Positions 62,601-64,000 of a DNA stretch of 64,000 nt are shown piece by piece. This DNA comes from Ptychomitrium polyphyllum. Taxonomy: Eukaryota. The stretch lies in contig OZ316775.1 in the NCBI GenBank assembly GCA_973851085.1, positions 8,060,001-8,124,000 on the forward strand, given 5' to 3'. The first letter of the stretch is position 1. The number at the start of each line of letters is the position of its first letter. Under the pieces are notes generated by a model. It was not told the origin of the DNA and did not search any database. It worked only from the letters and a program-made list of their open reading frames with translations. The position numbers and the translations under genes were made by a program.

Positions 62601-64000
62601 CTTGGAGTTGCCTTTGTCTGAAGAAGTTTTGACATGCTTCAGCTCCTTTAAGGCAGCCCTGAACACTGCTAAAAACTTGCTTCTCTTGTGCAGTAAAGGA
62701 AGTAAACTTTGGCTGGTAAGATTTAGTCTCCTTTTCTCTAGTTTTGGTCTTTATTATGTTTTGAGGCCTGTTTGGAGGAGGTTTCTTGATTTCCAGTGAT
62801 AATGTATTAAGAGTGACGATAATTTTCTTCTCCAGATCTTGGAACAACGAAAAGTGGCAGAGCAATTCTTGTTATTGAGCACCGCTTTGTTACAAGCATT
62901 AGACAGGTTGCCAAACTCGTTTGGAATTTCAGATGAAGTGCGGGAGCAGGTAAATTATGATGCTCTGTTAGTCCTGTGCAATATTACTTTGAATTCCCTT
63001 CTATTCTTCAGGACTTTCAACAAGCATCCATGTAACATCTATGTTTGCTATAAGTGGGAGTGTATTAAAACGTGCAGTAAGATGTCATGTTCTTGTTATT
63101 AGGTTCGTGGCTTTAGATTCTAATTTTTGCTAAGTGCTCCAGGTTGACTTAGTATACAATCAACTTAAAAGATCAAGGGGGCTAGAAGATGCTGTTGATG
63201 CTCAGCTAAACACAGAGTTGATTTCAATTTTGGATGAGACAAACGAACGCTCCCCGGATCAACTCACGAAATTTGCTGAGTTGTTTAAGTTTGATACAGC
63301 AAGTGCGCTGATGATAGAATCCCACGCTCTAGATGGGATGACATTAGAAAAAGAACCGTCAATTCCTTTTCCAGTAAGTGTGCGAGGATTTGATCAAATT
63401 TCTGGACTTCTAAATGATTTGAGAAATTTATTCTCATCAGAAGATTTAGAGCTACATGAGTACTTTAAACCATCAGGAGCAAATGGATCAAGCAACGCCA
63501 TGGAGAGCACTTTACAGGAATCTTCTACATCACCACCACGATCTCCATACAGTTCAAGCAACAGCATGGAGGACAGATCTCTTGGATACTCTGAACCACT
63601 GCAAGTCGATAGGGATAAGAAGATCAAGTTACATGAATCTTCTGCACCAGCACCACCAGCACCAGCACCACTTCCATCCAATTCAAGCAATAGCTTAGAG
63701 GGCAGATCTCATGATTTTTCTACACAGCCACTACGATCTCCTTACAGTTCAAGCAACAGCGTTGAGAGCAAATCTCTTGAGTACTCCGAACTATCACGTC
63801 AAGTCAATAACGAGAAGATCAGCTCACAGGAATCTTCTGCACCACCAACGTACAAGTCAAGCCACAGTTTCGAGGCTAGACCTCCACATGAACATTCAGA
63901 AGCTCCACAGGTATATAGACCGAGCAAGACCTTCGGGGGCAGGCCGAGTGAATTTTCTGAACCAACACATAGCTCAAGTAGTACTCCTGAGAGCAGATCA
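59666..64000 (+). CDS. Diverged Hsp70 (NBD + beta-SBD, no lid/EEVD) fused in frame to S/E/P repeats and a PUB-type N-terminal helical domain; 3' partial
   Basis: Exons 59666-59888, 60130-61451, 61678-61746, 61843-62715, 62836-62949 and 63143->64000, all GT..AG with consistent phases; 1153 codons with no stop. Hsp70 motifs [40 protein letters not shown] and [14 protein letters not shown]-like motifs [29 protein letters not shown] and [12 protein letters not shown]. Confidence 0.78.
61984..62460 (+). repeat. Coding tandem repeat, about 8-9 copies of a ~60-nt / 20-aa unit ([24 protein letters not shown])
   Basis: Units [100 protein letters not shown] and others. Confidence 0.85.

Noticed and set aside
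61843..62799. Independent gene starting at ATG 61843
   Set aside because: The ATG directly follows a polypyrimidine tract and AG acceptor and is in phase with the upstream exon, so an internal exon is more likely; an alternative start is not excluded.

Overview
Eukaryotic, intron-rich plant genomic DNA. The gene sequences, GC-rich genes separated by very AT-rich decayed islands and the LTR type suggest a moss such as Physcomitrium or a relative; this is inference, not verified. By hand-splicing I can reconstruct: a class II HDA8-like histone deacetylase (+, 13065-14953); a GPI-anchored PI-PLC X-domain protein (-, 15564 to at least 18124); two apparently identical head-to-head H2A.Z genes in a 2371-bp inverted repeat (26223-28593 / 35714-38084); FANCI (+, 15 exons, 40801-49491); and LSM1 (+, 51112-53515). 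At the right edge is the most unusual item, a single spliced reading frame joining a lid-less, diverged cytosolic Hsp70 to a 20-aa S/E/P repeat linker, a plant U-box (PUB)-type N-terminal helical domain and more repeats; it runs off the window. The first 9 kb hold five small secreted-protein genes (three arabinogalactan-protein-like paralogues, a 4-exon Cys-rich gene and an orphan), each broken by only one to three lesions. The H2A.Z spacer contains a solo LTR with a 31-bp internal array, a nested hairpin and a kinase pseudogene. No CRISPR, rRNA or tRNA was recognised.
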